DNA of 63,959 bases, the filler included, from Aduncisulcus paluster (lineage: Eukaryota): assembly GCA_024181965.1 (NCBI GenBank). It is 5 parts of 5 records of this genome, joined end to end, with 100 filler letters (N's around TTAATTAATTAA, not from the genome) between each part and the next. Parts side by side here need not be neighbours in the genome. Positions count along the whole stretch, not along the records: positions 1 to 25,947 come from BQXS01012640.1; 4 more parts are not named here. The stretch is one strand, 5' to 3'. Positions 11,597 through 23,800 of the stretch are shown here, one piece after another; the stretch's first letter is position 1, and every line of letters begins with the position of its first letter. Below the pieces are notes generated by a model. It did no database searches. It saw only the letters and a program-made list of their open reading frames with translations, and was not told where the DNA came from. The position numbers were made by a program, and so were the translations under genes.

Positions 11597-12700
11597 TCAG
11601 AATTTCATATCTCTTTCGAAGTCTTTCATGGCCTCAACGAGTTTCTCAACACCCCTGAGAGGCATGGCGTTGTAAATGGAGGCTCTGAAAGAACCAACCA
11701 TAGTTCTGTAACCCTTGAGGGTGATAAGACCACGGGGTTTACAGTATTCAAGGAATTTAGCCTGCATGTCATCATGAGTGCATCTGAAAGGGATATTCAT
11801 CCGAGATCTGAATTCGGGTTTGGCTATACCAGACCAGTGTTCGCTCTCATCAATGTATTTGTAAAGAAGATCAGCTTTCTTGGCGTTGATCTCAGCCATC
11901 TTGTCAAGACCACCAATAGTTTCTTCGATCCATTTAAGGACAAGGTTGATGATGTACATGTTGTAGGTAGGAGGAGTGTTGTAAGCAGAGTCTTTCTTCT
12001 TCAAAAGCTCGTATCCACCAACAATGGGGCATTTGTCAGCTTGTTTAGGACCTCCGACAATCAAATCATTACGGACAATGACGAGAGTGCAGCCAGCGGG
12101 ACCGAAATTCTTTTGAGCACAAGCATAGAGGAGACCGAATTTAGAGATGTCAACGGGCCTGGAGAAAAGGTTGGAAGACATATCAGCGATCAAGATACGG
12201 TCTTCAGGCACCTTGGGAACTTCAGGGAACTCAACACCATGAATGGTTTCATTATCACAGAAGTAAATAAACTTAGCACCTTCAGTCAACTTCCATGTCT
12301 CAACAGCGGGGATGAAATCAGAGGATTTGGAAGCAATGTTAATCTTGCAGTATCTACCAGCCTCTTCAGCAAACTTCTTTGACCAGTTTCCAGTTTGGAC
12401 AACATCAATAACATCTTCAGGGCCGCATAAATTCAAAGGAATGTAAGCAAATTGGTGAGTAGCACCACCAGCACAGAAAAGAACACTGTAGTTGTCGGGG
12501 ATCTTGAGAACACGACGGGTTCTTTCTTGAAGTTCAGCGTACAAAGCCTTGAATTCAGCTCCACGGTGAGAACACTCCATGAAAGACATTCCTGAACCAC
12601 GGAAACTGAGCATTTCCTTAGCAGCAGTCTCAAGAACTTCTCTGGGGAGCATAGCAGGACCAGCAGAAAAATTATAAACTCTTTCTTTTTCTTCAGCCAT
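11597..12700 (-). CDS. serC: Phosphoserine aminotransferase (PLP-dependent, class V)
   Basis: YNFSAGPAMLP, ECSHRG, GGAT, NETIHGVEF, ADMSS, AQKNFGPAG (PLP lysine), YNTPP, RSRMNIPF, FRASIYNAM. Confidence 0.97.
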   Translation of the reverse strand: MAEEKERVYNFSAGPAMLPREVLETAAKEMLSFRGSGMSFMECSHRGAEFKALYAELQERTRRVLKIPDNYSVLFCAGGATHQFAYIPLNLCGPEDVIDVVQTGNWSKKFAEEAGRYCKINIASKSSDFIPAVETWKLTEGAKFIYFCDNETIHGVEFPEVPKVPEDRILIADMSSNLFSRPVDISKFGLLYACAQKNFGPAGCTLVIVRNDLIVGGPKQADKCPIVGGYELLKKKDSAYNTPPTYNMYIINLVLKWIEETIGGLDKMAEINAKKADLLYKYIDESEHWSGIAKPEFRSRMNIPFRCTHDDMQAKFLEYCKPRGLITLKGYRTMVGSFRASIYNAMPLRGVEKLVEAMKDFERDMKF

Positions 12701-13111
12701 TTTAATGATGTTTGAAAGGATGTGTGCAGAAAAAAAGTATTTGTTGAACCCTCGAAGAGAAAAATAGATTGACTTGAATTTTCAAGACTCGTACGAGTTG
12801 TAAGAATAAAAATTAATAAAAATAAAAATCAGAGAAAAATATCAAAATTAAGAAAATTTATTCCACTTCCGATTGTAGAAAAGGTGATGATGACACATTA
12901 ATTTATGAGGCTTGCAAATAATTGGGCAGTAAAATATGCATTATTTCCATTTTATTACAAAAAATATATATTTATCATGGTGAATTGCGACGAATATGTC
13001 ATATTCAATATGACTTCTGGGATATATCTAAATTCATGAATGTATTAATAATATTTATTTATTTCGTTTGTATTAAAAAATAAATATTTAGGAAAACAAA
13101 TCAATTTACAA

Positions 13112-14205
13112 TTAGAATCCACCCATTCCACCATAAGGCTGTCCAGGCATACCCATTGGTTGACCAGGCATACCCATTCCAGAACCGTAACCCATAGGTT
13201 GACCAGGCATTCCCATAGGCTGACCCATTCCCATAGGCTGACCCATTCCCATTGGCTGACCCATACCCATTGGCTGACCCATACCCATTGGCTGACCCAT
13301 ACCCATTGGTTGACCAGGCATTCCCATTGGAGTACCCATTCCCATTGGTTGACCCATTCCCATTGGTTGACCCATACCCATAGGCTGACCCATACCCATT
13401 CCCATAGGTTGACCCATTGGAACTGGACCACCCATACCCATAGGCGCACCCATGGAACGGCTTGCCATGGAAGCTTGGGCAGAGGCAAGTTCGGCCTTGG
13501 CCTGGGCTTCTTTGGCTTGAGCTTGAGCAATTTGCAACTGAGTAGATTGTTGCATAGCCTGCATCTGAAGAGCTACTCCAGCAGAAGAAGGGGTCATTCC
13601 GGGGGTCATTCCGGGGGTCATTCCGGGGGTCATTCCGGGGGTCATTCCGGGGGCCATTCCGCCCATAGGCATGGGAGCTCCAGTCATTGTGGCAGAAATA
13701 ACACCGGTTCCAGGGTTGGGATGACCAGCAGCATCAAGAAGAGGGTTTGGACCAAGGGGCTGACCTTCAGCAAATTCTCCGGCCTCAAACTTGAGACGAA
13801 GCCTCAAACGACCATGAGGAACGTTTCTCAGAGTGAACCAAAGGTCGGATTGTTGTTTGTTACGAAGTTGACTCACGAGAATGGTAATGTCTCCAATTTC
13901 ATCGGACTTACCCACATCCTCATCCTTCACTTTCACGTAGATTTCATCACAGGACCTGACTTCAGGGAAGATGAAGGATTCGTGCCATTTGGGATTAAGA
14001 TTCTTCTTGATGGTTTTTGTGCGGCATTGGAGTTCTCCGAGTTTAATTTTAACATAGGGATCGGATTTTCCACCAATATCAGCAGCGATAAGGTTTTGAG
14101 CCTGAAGACAGATTTCTGTAAGTATTGTAAGGGGGAAAAAATAAAAAAAGAAATAAATCAACATACCTCAACAGCTTCAACAGTTAATTTACCAATAACA
14201 ACCAT
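13112..14205 (-). CDS. C2-domain protein with Gly/Met/Pro/Gln low-complexity tail; one intron (14102-14166)
   Basis: Exon 1 MVVIGKLTVEAVE splices in frame (GTATGT...TTCAG, 65 nt) to AQNLIAADIGGKSDPYVKI...KNLNPKW...VKDEDVGKSDEIG (Ca-binding Asp residues present); GMTP and GQPMGM repeats. Confidence 0.9.
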
Positions 14206-14559
14206 ATTGTGTTAACAAAAAAAAAAACGAGACAGTTCCCAAACTGGCGATCCAAATTGAGATAGAAGATTCTGCCTATTTTTTCTGATATTATTTGAAC
14301 AATAATAGCTATCTATTTTGGTATAAATCGCTATTATCGATATATGACATGTTAGGCTTCCACTTTTCGTTTTTTATCTCTCAAAACTGAAATATTTGTT
14401 GATATCTTATACATTTTTTATCTAGTTTGGTGAAATAATGGAATCATAACGCTGAATATATTATTTGATTCATAAACTCGAAGTTTCTATCATTATGTTG
14501 CAGAGCAAGCACTTTACTATCGATACAGGAATAAAATATAGACTAATGTTAAGAAATCA

Positions 14560-15301
14560 TTAAAATAGAACACTTTCATATGTGGGGACGATGTATTTAA
14601 TATTGATATACGCAGTTGGACCTCCCAAAAGCTCGAACAATTCAAGAGTTTCCTGGATTAAATCCCCAAGATTAGCTCTTTTCCTCTGACCATAGTAAAT
14701 TTGATCTCCGATGTTCTTGTTGCATCCCTTAAACATGTTAAACACGGGTAAGATGATTCTAAAATAAGGTACTAGAGATTGGCCAATGTGTGGATGACTG
14801 TTGACAAGCTCTTGGAGAAGCAAAAGAGTAATGCACAAAATATCAGGGTCACGAGTATCAAGGGCTTTCTTAATGGGGATAATCAATTGGGGAACAACAG
14901 GAAGGATCTTCTCTCCACCATGTTTAAGGAGATCGACTGTCCCTTCACGAGCGATAAAAGAATAAGGATGTTCTTTTTCACGAATTCCATCAAAGAAAAT
15001 GGGTAAATAATGGTGATAATCCAATTCAACCATATCAACTCTCCAAGCAAGCTTGCTTCCCATGGCTACATGATGAATAACGAGGGGAAGATCTCCACGA
15101 CTGGGGAAAAAAACATAATATTATCATAAACAAAACAAAAACTCAGAAAATTACTGGAAAACATTTGAAAATCCTAACATACTCATAATGAACACGGAAA
15201 TTTGTTGGTTCAGCCTTCCTAGCACGAAAAACACCAGTTTTTGGAGGTCTAGCGGCAACTTTAGCAGGTTTTCCCTTTAAAACTTTCTTGTATATTTCCA
15301 T
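14560..15301 (-). CDS. PACRG: Parkin co-regulated gene protein (axonemal inner junction); one intron (15101-15182)
   Basis: Splicing GTATGT...CCCCAG (82 nt) restores FRVHYDRGDLP; LDYHHYLPIFFDGIRE, PVVPQLIIPIKKAL, INIKYIVPTYES are diagnostic. Confidence 0.96.
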
Positions 15302-15748
15302 ATTTGAAACAAAATCAAAATTTGGCGTTATCGACTTTCCATTTTGTTAATATTCAAAATAACTGGATATTTCGTCATATATGTATTTTTTGTTCGTATG
15401 ATATATTCAAAAATCCACATAATAATCGAATGAAACGTCAACGAAAATTCAATTTCAAGTTGTTTTTCCACTCACAAAAATAAGGGAAATTAATTTGTAA
15501 CTTCTTTGAAAAGATCTTTTTTGTGGCAAAGGACAAATTCTACTTCTTATTTCTGAAATTAGTTTATTCGAAACAAACTGAAGGCCAACCGATTCTTCAG
15601 AGAAAACGTGCTCCGTTTTCTGGCCTCAGTGCTCACTTGATTAATGATGCCTCATCAAAAAGGAAGTTTTTGTTTATTTCTTTTCACACAAAGTAGAGTT
15701 TTGCCGTCATATAAGTAAAGAACTTACTCTAATCGATATTTTCTTGCT

Positions 15749-17277
15749 ATGGAGAAGGTATGTAGAACAATAATCATTGTTGTCATTCGTAAAATGAAAT
15801 ATCTAATCTAATTTTTCTTGTATTATCATCTATATCATAGAGACAGGCTTTGGAAAGGGGAATTGCTCTTTTACTGGGAAAAATCCTTAAAAAGGCTGAT
15901 GATCTATCATATTATTCATATAGCACATCCATATCTTCAAGAAATATTGAAGAAGCGGCAAAACAACTGGCTATTCCACATTGGTGTGGAATAATAACTC
16001 CCAAAGGAGTGAATTCTCAAGTTATAAATATTAAAGATGAAGTAAGAACGAAAATGGATATTCCACCACCTGGAGCACCTGAGATTAGTCTCTCTTGGCT
16101 TGCTTTTGAAGGGGAACAACCCGATACACCTTATAATCCTTCCCCAGCAGTGCTAGATGCCTTTTCGAAGGCTGATGCTCTTGAAAAAGAATCTATTTGT
16201 AAAGATAAGAGTGATGCAAAACAAGAAAAAGATCAGACAAAGTCGTCTTTTACTTCAATTCCTCTCTACTCCCCGTTTAGTATTCATGGACGTTGGCGAT
16301 CAATTCTATCCCCTGCACCAACAATGATTCCGTCAACAAGTAGTAGATTGATGCTTTCTGATGAACTTTTGTCTCTTTCATCTGAAATTACTTCATGCAT
16401 TATTTCGAGCCAGAAAACCACTCGCGAACGCACATTAACGGCACTTGAAGAAGAATCTGGAATCAGTTCTCTTATTCCTGATGTTGTCAAGTTTGTCAAT
16501 AATGAATTACAATCGGAAGTTGAAAAAGAAGCTAAAAGGCTGTATGATCCCTTGTCTCACTCAATTTCAAGTCATGTTGATTCCCAAGGTAACCTTGTTA
16601 ATTCTGAGAAATATCTTGCGATTGTTCAATGTCTTGAAGCCCTTACTCGGAACTCTTCGTTGCATATCACCCATACAGCCTCGTTAACGCACACATTACT
16701 CTCAGCTCTCCTCTTTCCTTTTCCTTTATCGATTGAGAATGGTGTATGTTGGTGGCTTGTCAAAGAACAAGCTGCCCAAGTATTAATTGAATTTATATGC
16801 CGGAAATGTGTCGAGCTTGATGCTACTGTTGGAATGCGTTGTGCTGATTTACTGTTGCGGGTACTCCTTGACCATGAGGCTAGTCTTGCAACAAGAATTG
16901 GAGCAGCTATGTATTTCATTTCATGCCAATTTGATAATCTGAGACATGCCCTTGAGGCTATGCTTGCAAAATGGCAACATGGAATGGGGAAAAGTTTGTC
17001 CGTCGAAGCAAAAGAAGAAGAAGAGATCAAAGAGGAGGAAGAGTTTGATCAACACATGGGTAAAGATGAAAGTTTGGTGGAACAACCGTCAATCGTTCGA
17101 GTTTATTCCGGTTATCAGTCAGATATGAAGAAATTGTTTGTGTCAGGAGTTGTGCCATCACTAGATATATCAGAATGTGATGAGAAAAAGGTCTTCGCTT
17201 TTGCGGAAGGAGAAATGGATCAGGAGGGACAAATATTGTGGAATGCTTTTAATTCCATTATTCATAATAAGAAATAG
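15749..17277 (+). CDS. TAF6: Divergent TFIID subunit TAF6-like protein; intron 15758-15840
   Basis: WLAFEGEQPDTPYNP (cf. HWLAVEGVQPAIPQNP), LSDEL, ALEEESGISSLIPDVVKF (cf. L.TD.GL..LLPYFV.F), WLVKEQAAQVL; MEK exon joins in frame via GTATGT...CATAG; true 5' end uncertain. Confidence 0.7.
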
Positions 17278-17589
17278 AATTTATTTTCTTTTTTTAGCAT
17301 CTATTCTCCTTCAAAATTTTCCAGACTCAAAGGGATTAAATACTCTTTAAATATATTTTGATCCTTTGAAGATTTAAGTAAATTATTATATTCGTGTTCA
17401 AATATATTATAATGACAGCCTTCGTTTAGGGTAAAAATCGAATTTGTTGTTTTGGAGGCCATCCTCAATATTTGGAGTTTTTTTTATCAAGTTTCTGAAA
17501 CAATCAGAAATTTTATCCCCTTCATTATCCTAATTTTACTATTTGTGGCTTGATTTTTGTTTTTCCAGCCCAAGTTCATATTTATATTC

Positions 17590-18474
17590 ATGAATCGTGA
17601 TTCGTTAAAGAAATATGCAGTCTATATTGGCTGTGAAGATGTAATATCAAAACCTTTTTTGAAAAATTTGCTGTATACTGCTGCTACAGCTCCTATTCCT
17701 TGTGGTTGGGCTACTGCAGTGGCTGATGGTAAAAGGTATTATTATGATCGCAAATCTCGCGAACCTTCGTGGAATTTACCGTGTGATTTATATTTTAGAT
17801 CTGTCATTTCGAATCGTCTTGTTTATTCCCAAGAGGAGGTCGATAGAATTCGTCTCCCCTCAACAACTCCCCCTCAGATCCATCATTCCCGTGTGTACAC
17901 ATCCTCCTTTCCATCATGTGTTTGTAGTGTCATGAGTATGTGTACCTACTTAAATATAGATCCCTATAGTGAAGCAGATCTCATATGGATTGCTGTGCTT
18001 GCCTTGATTAAACCTATGGACGATGTTTGGAGGAAAAAGAAAGGTGTTCGGCGTGTATATGATGATGGAACCGTTGAAGAGCAAAGAGATGGAATAATAT
18101 GGGAGCCTGAACATGCCAGAGATGTTGGTGGAAGACTTGTAGAAATGGAATGGTTCGAACACAAGCTAACAAAGGAAGAAGTGTATGAGCATCCGGGAGA
18201 TATGTTTTATCTCTCACTTCTAGAAGAGGAGAGAAGTAGAAAGAAGAAAATGGAGGCTAAAGTCAAAGAAAAGGCAGAGAGAAGGAAAAGAGATGAAGAA
18301 GAACTTAAAAAAATAATCGAAGAAAAGCATAAGCGAGCTGTGGGTCAGATTGGAGAGGAAGATAGGGAGAAAGACGAAGATTTTTCTGATTTTTCACTCT
18401 CCTCTTCCGATGACAAAATTCCTGTTCAAAAAAAGGTTCAGCGAGAGGGAAGAAGAAGAAGAAGAGGAAGCTGA
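17590..18474 (+). CDS. Protein with two CEP164-like N-terminal WW modules (probably continues by frameshift)
   Basis: APIPCGW...RYYYD...SWNLPCDLYF and YLNIDP..EADLIWIA..AL..PM..W...YEHPGDMFY match CEP164-type WW context; charged coil follows. Confidence 0.65.
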   Translation: MNRDSLKKYAVYIGCEDVISKPFLKNLLYTAATAPIPCGWATAVADGKRYYYDRKSREPSWNLPCDLYFRSVISNRLVYSQEEVDRIRLPSTTPPQIHHSRVYTSSFPSCVCSVMSMCTYLNIDPYSEADLIWIAVLALIKPMDDVWRKKKGVRRVYDDGTVEEQRDGIIWEPEHARDVGGRLVEMEWFEHKLTKEEVYEHPGDMFYLSLLEEERSRKKKMEAKVKEKAERRKRDEEELKKIIEEKHKRAVGQIGEEDREKDEDFSDFSLSSSDDKIPVQKKVQREGRRRRRGS

Positions 18475-20437
18475 GGTTGTTGGAGAGCATGATTCTCCTT
18501 GCTGGATTGGCTTTTTGCTTGCTAAGAACGTTCAACATACTCCTTCCTCACTTTGTGTATACTATAACTTCCACACAGACGAACAAGTTAACACTATGAT
18601 CTGTGATAAACAACACTCTCCACCTCACTCGCTATTAATCGCACCGCCAGAGCATTTCTCCTCGCCTTCTTGGTTATCACCTTACGTATTATATCTTAGG
18701 CATACTACTGTAATCGATTTAAGTATTGTTCTAAAAATAGATGGTCGTTTGAGAATGTCCAAGTCAGCTCGACAAAGACAAGATGCTCGTGCTGACATAT
18801 TGAAGGCCAAAGCGCATGCATATGGAAACCAGCTGAAGTCCTGGCTTCTGGAGGAGCGTAAACAAGCATTCCACGGCGAATCTCTCACCATACATCAAGC
18901 TTCTCCCGGGAAACAGTATAATCCATCGGGATATGGTCGTATGTCGCAGAAACAGACACGTAGTCCTACCATAAGGACTTCTAAAGGAGATTCTCATAGA
19001 TTGAGGCACTTACCTTCCCCTTCCATACATGCACGATCATCATCGGGAAGCTCAAGCAGGCCCAATTCATCTTCTGGGCGTACTCACTCAGCTAGGATGT
19101 TTTTATTACCCCCTGTAGAGACCGAACAGGATAGGCGGCGTGTTCAGACAGCGCACGGTTCCATTAGGAGTCATCAGAAAACTGGCAAACGAGGTATTAT
19201 TCGGGGTGGACGGACGTATCACACGATCACCTCCGACAATCCTCATGAATCCATCATGCAGAGGTCTGGCCAGTTTGTTCCTCATCCTCCGAGTGTCCAT
19301 CGTTCAAGCAATAGTTCATCACAAACATCCAGCACTGATACGGATCATGAACCAAGAGAATCTTACGGACAAGCATCCTCACGATCTATTGTTAGTGAAT
19401 CAGTGCGCGAACTACAGCAAACTGGTACCTCTGATGTATATGGTGCCTCGAATACACTAACACCTACTCTCTCTTCCTCTGAGAAACGTCTAATCCGCCA
19501 TAACCAGCTGCGAGCGAAGACTTTACTGCATGAACGTCAACGCATGGTATCAAATGCCCTCTCCAGGCCCCCTTATTCCTCTGTGCTTTTGTGGGCTCTA
19601 CTACCGGCTCCTCCAAGGACCTGTTCATTCTCTGCCCACTGGGTCGAGTATTCGCCCAAGAAAAGGTATTGTACGGCGACTTTGTATGTTGTTACTCGAG
19701 ATGTTGAGACTCTATCACACAAGGGTGGGAATCAGCAGGCATTTATGACCGAAGATAGAGATACGCTATCCTATGGTCGGATTGGGAGGATGGTTGACCT
19801 TGACGGGGCACGTGGGTATGCTAAGGAGAGTAACGATCTCATCCATTCTCTGCCTACTGATTCCAAAGACATCCAATCTGGGTTATCTCCGAGCAAACAT
19901 GGGTCAAAATGTGCGATTCCAAGGTCTCCTCGAGGTATTGAGAAGTTTGGGAATGAAGATGGCATCCAGCCACAGTTTCACCGACATTCACTCACCGCAG
20001 CTCAATGTTGGGAAGATTATACGCCTTTGCATGCTCGTAAGGCACCTGTGATAAAGATGAAATATAATGGAACCTATGTCGATGATTTTTCCTTGTCATC
20101 GTTTGCTTCTCTTGGATTCGTGGAGGCATACGACTGTCATCTTGGTCTTAAAGTCGATTTGTTTGGACATCCCATCACTATTTCTCACTGTGACCAGACT
20201 ACTATTCATTGGCATGATGAATGTCTCAAGAGGTTGAGTATTGTACTCGAAAATGTAAAAAAACAATTGGAAAAATACGGTAAAATATCTTTATTTGACA
20301 AGAAAACGGAGTTGATGTTATGTGACCGGAAATACAGAGGGAAAGTATCACTTCGGAGTGTTATTGAAACCATTATTGGATATGAAAAAGAAGTGAAAAA
20401 ACATAATCCAGCTTTTTATATCACCAAATTGAAATAA
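18350..20437 (+). CDS. Hypothetical protein with C-terminal DM10-like motif (likely start ATG 18755 unless fused to the upstream gene)
   Basis: 695-codon open frame; YDCHLGLKVDLFGHPITISHCDQTTIHW resembles the DM10 'DL.VG..I...GR...I...D..T..W' pattern. Confidence 0.55.
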   Translation: MERKIGRKTKIFLIFHSPLPMTKFLFKKRFSEREEEEEEEAEVVGEHDSPCWIGFLLAKNVQHTPSSLCVYYNFHTDEQVNTMICDKQHSPPHSLLIAPPEHFSSPSWLSPYVLYLRHTTVIDLSIVLKIDGRLRMSKSARQRQDARADILKAKAHAYGNQLKSWLLEERKQAFHGESLTIHQASPGKQYNPSGYGRMSQKQTRSPTIRTSKGDSHRLRHLPSPSIHARSSSGSSSRPNSSSGRTHSARMFLLPPVETEQDRRRVQTAHGSIRSHQKTGKRGIIRGGRTYHTITSDNPHESIMQRSGQFVPHPPSVHRSSNSSSQTSSTDTDHEPRESYGQASSRSIVSESVRELQQTGTSDVYGASNTLTPTLSSSEKRLIRHNQLRAKTLLHERQRMVSNALSRPPYSSVLLWALLPAPPRTCSFSAHWVEYSPKKRYCTATLYVVTRDVETLSHKGGNQQAFMTEDRDTLSYGRIGRMVDLDGARGYAKESNDLIHSLPTDSKDIQSGLSPSKHGSKCAIPRSPRGIEKFGNEDGIQPQFHRHSLTAAQCWEDYTPLHARKAPVIKMKYNGTYVDDFSLSSFASLGFVEAYDCHLGLKVDLFGHPITISHCDQTTIHWHDECLKRLSIVLENVKKQLEKYGKISLFDKKTELMLCDRKYRGKVSLRSVIETIIGYEKEVKKHNPAFYITKLK

Positions 20438-20867
20438 TTTTTCAAAATAAATGATCTTTGGCAATCTTTCAATCTGTATTGAAATAAAAATCTAAATTCC
20501 AGTCTTACATAATGTACATGAAAAATTAGTATGCTATTATTGTTGTATTAACTTCCATAGGCTGGAGAACTCACTGATGAAATTATTTCATTGAAATAGT
20601 TTGAGATCGTTGATGTTTAGGACAGACCTATCGAGTTTTTAAATATTATAAATGAATTATCTGTATTGTTTATGCATTGTTTTTTTGTTGCAACTCTTAT
20701 TTAATGGACATATTATTTTTTCACGGTTTTTTCTGAAGTATCGTTCATAATTTGGCAAAAAATGACTAAATATTAAATAATTATTACCATTTAAAAGGAA
20801 AAATCACTAATGTGATTACACTAAGAATTCACTCTTATATATTCTTCTCCCTCACATCTTACCTTGG

Positions 20868-23800
20868 ATGAAGAAGTATAATGACATGAAATTCTATTTT
20901 CTATGGACAAATATCTTGAAGAATATCACTCTTGATGAGAAAAACTCAAAGCCTCATAACGATCGTTCCTCACAACTTTTGTTCATGCTCCATCCTGTCT
21001 TGGATGTGATTAAGGGGGGGTTCATTCGATTAGATAAGAAATGTTTCCTTTTTTTGCTTTGTTTCTTTGTAAATTTGAGTTGCATTCCTTCCCAAGCTAT
21101 TGAAGTATTCAACGCTATTGAGGACATTCTCAGTGGATTATTTATAGTTCTTCACAGAAATAGCTGTACATCAGCAATGAAACAATGGTGTTCACTCCTT
21201 GTATTATTTTCAACTATTCCATCGCTTGTTCCTCGACTGGCTCATCGTAAATATGTTGAAAAATTTGAATTATGTCGAAATTGTATCAAATGTGAAACAT
21301 TTTTTTCTCGGTTTCTTGGCAATGTGTATCCTGAATTGAAGAAATGGGATGAGATAATTTCAACTATTTCAGGTTTTTGTGATGATCCCTCTTCCAAGGT
21401 CTGGATTCCAACTGTTTTTGGAAAGTTTGTCAAAAAGAAATTACGCGAATCTGGCCGTATTCTCTACTATGAGGTGAAAGAGTCTATTCTTTCTGTCTTG
21501 AAATCCTCTGTCACCCAAGAAAGCATTCATCAAAATCGGAAGGAGATTATTCTTTGTGCGATATGTTTGGGCAAGTTTTGTCATTATTTTTCATCGGACA
21601 GCTATTTGTTACAATTTTCAAAACAAAGAAATTGTAAGATACTTTGTCGATCTTCTGATATTTTAGATATCGCTTCCATTTTCCTTGCTCACTTGTCAAG
21701 GATAAACCAACATCTGGATGGTGCAATCGACAATGAGTACTGTAAGATATGTGTTAATTTTTCTTACGTTGTTAAATCCAAGATTGAACCCTTCATTTCT
21801 AATATCTTTCCATGTCTTGATTCGATTTTGAAGAGAGGACCATTAAGGTTAAGACCACGAAATTTATTGCTTACTATCAGAAATATTTCAAATACTTCAT
21901 CTTTATCCATAAAACACTCTATTGCTGATATAATTGTTCCCCATTTTGAGTCTTGGATGAGGAACTATCCTGATGATTCATCGATGAGAATCTGGACCAA
22001 TATTCTTGGAAACATCACATATTCTGAGAAATCAAAAACTTCAATCCAAGATATTTGTTCAAAAGTATGGCCTCATTTCTCCTCTATTTTTTCATTTCTT
22101 AATGATAGTATGCGATCGTCTGAACATAGGGAGCAATGGTCAAAAGACCTCCATCATTACTTGTTTTTTTTCTCGAACCTATCTTCTAACCCTCTTTATG
22201 CCTCTAAAATTTATGAATGCGTTGAGAATGTTCTGTATGAATGGTATTGTGCTATAAAACAAGAAAAGAAAGTCAAGCTGGGACTTGATTATTGGTGTAA
22301 ACTTGTTTCTATATTCTCATCTATATCTGGTGATCCTAAATTTGCATCAAAGTATGATATTGAGATGATGTTTTGTATGAAATGGTATCAAAAAAAAAAG
22401 AAAAATTTTGATTTCATTCATTGCTTGTACATTGATTATCTTCGGAATACGCATCCTAAATTGGGAAAATGGGCAGAATTGATTGATAAGATAAAGAAAT
22501 CACGAAATAACCCAGCTTCTCAAGTGGATCTATATTTAAAACATTTTCATTTTCTCCATAATTTATTTGATCGATATCAAACAGTGTGTGAAATTCATGA
22601 GCACAAGATACAATTTCTTCTTTGTTTTCAATGTTTAGCGTTGTTTGTGGAATCCTTTCAAGCCGTGAATGCAAAAGTTACCATTGAACTCGTCGATTCC
22701 TTCATTCTCAACATGATACGTGTTGAGGAAGTCTTGGAAGGAGAAGTGGAGGAGGAATTTTGTAAAATATGCCTGTATTACAGTTGCATTGCAAAAAAAG
22801 ATCGACGGGATTCTCTTTTACAACGTATATATTTCTCATGTAAAAGAATTTTTATGAGAGCAGTTTCTCCAATTATGAAGTCTACATATTTTTATTCGAA
22901 TAATAGTATAAATGTACTGAAAATACTTCAAAATATCTCTATATCTTCGTCAATCTCAACTAAATCTTCCATTTTTAACCTCATATATCCAATAATCCAA
23001 GATTGGCTGAGTTTTCCAAGAGACAAAGTTATCTATGGGTATTGGATGACAATATTGGGGAACATAACTTGGGCAGATGATCTTGATTCACCAATTCGGG
23101 AAATATGTTCGAAAGCTTGGAGTCTCTTTTCTTCTGTTGTCAACATTGCTCGAGAAGAATTTGTTGGGGGCGAGATTGTGAATAATTACAATTATTATGT
23201 TCTTTTCTATTTTTCAAATCTCTGTTGTGACCCTCATCGGGCGATTAAGATTTTTAATTGTATTGAAGATCTTCTTTATTCTTGGTTTTTGGAAATTAAG
23301 AAGTATTCCTCAAACCCCTTCCGTTCCCTCACACCTCTCAAAAGAATGGTTGATTTTATGATGGTATTATCCAATAACTCGACACTAATCCCAAGAATAT
23401 CCCCAAAATTTGATGTAGAGATGAAATATTGTCAATTAAAATTCAATATTCGCCCATACATTTCCAATGTAAACTTCCATATGGCTCGCTCATTTCTGGT
23501 TGAAATTCTATATTTGACACCTTCAATTTCTCTGATTCCATCTATTGAAATATCTTTAACTCCTGAACTTGATGAATATTATGTTGCAACACATGTTTGC
23601 CTCATTGGATCGGGAAAGGATGTTTATTCATCAGTGGTACAATTTGATTCTCTTCGGGGGAAAACATTGAAATTAAAAAAAATTATTTTTCCTCTTGGAA
23701 AAGAAATCACAAGAAACACTCGCCAAGTCACCCATTCTTCACTCATTAAATACACTCCTCCCCAACACATGCTTGTGACCATGTCCTTTACTGAGGAAAG

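Noticed and set aside
11399..12382. 327-aa ORF antisense to serC (similarly 13160-14215 and 27435-28520)
   Set aside because: Shadow ORFs caused by codon bias or repeats of the real gene on the opposite strand
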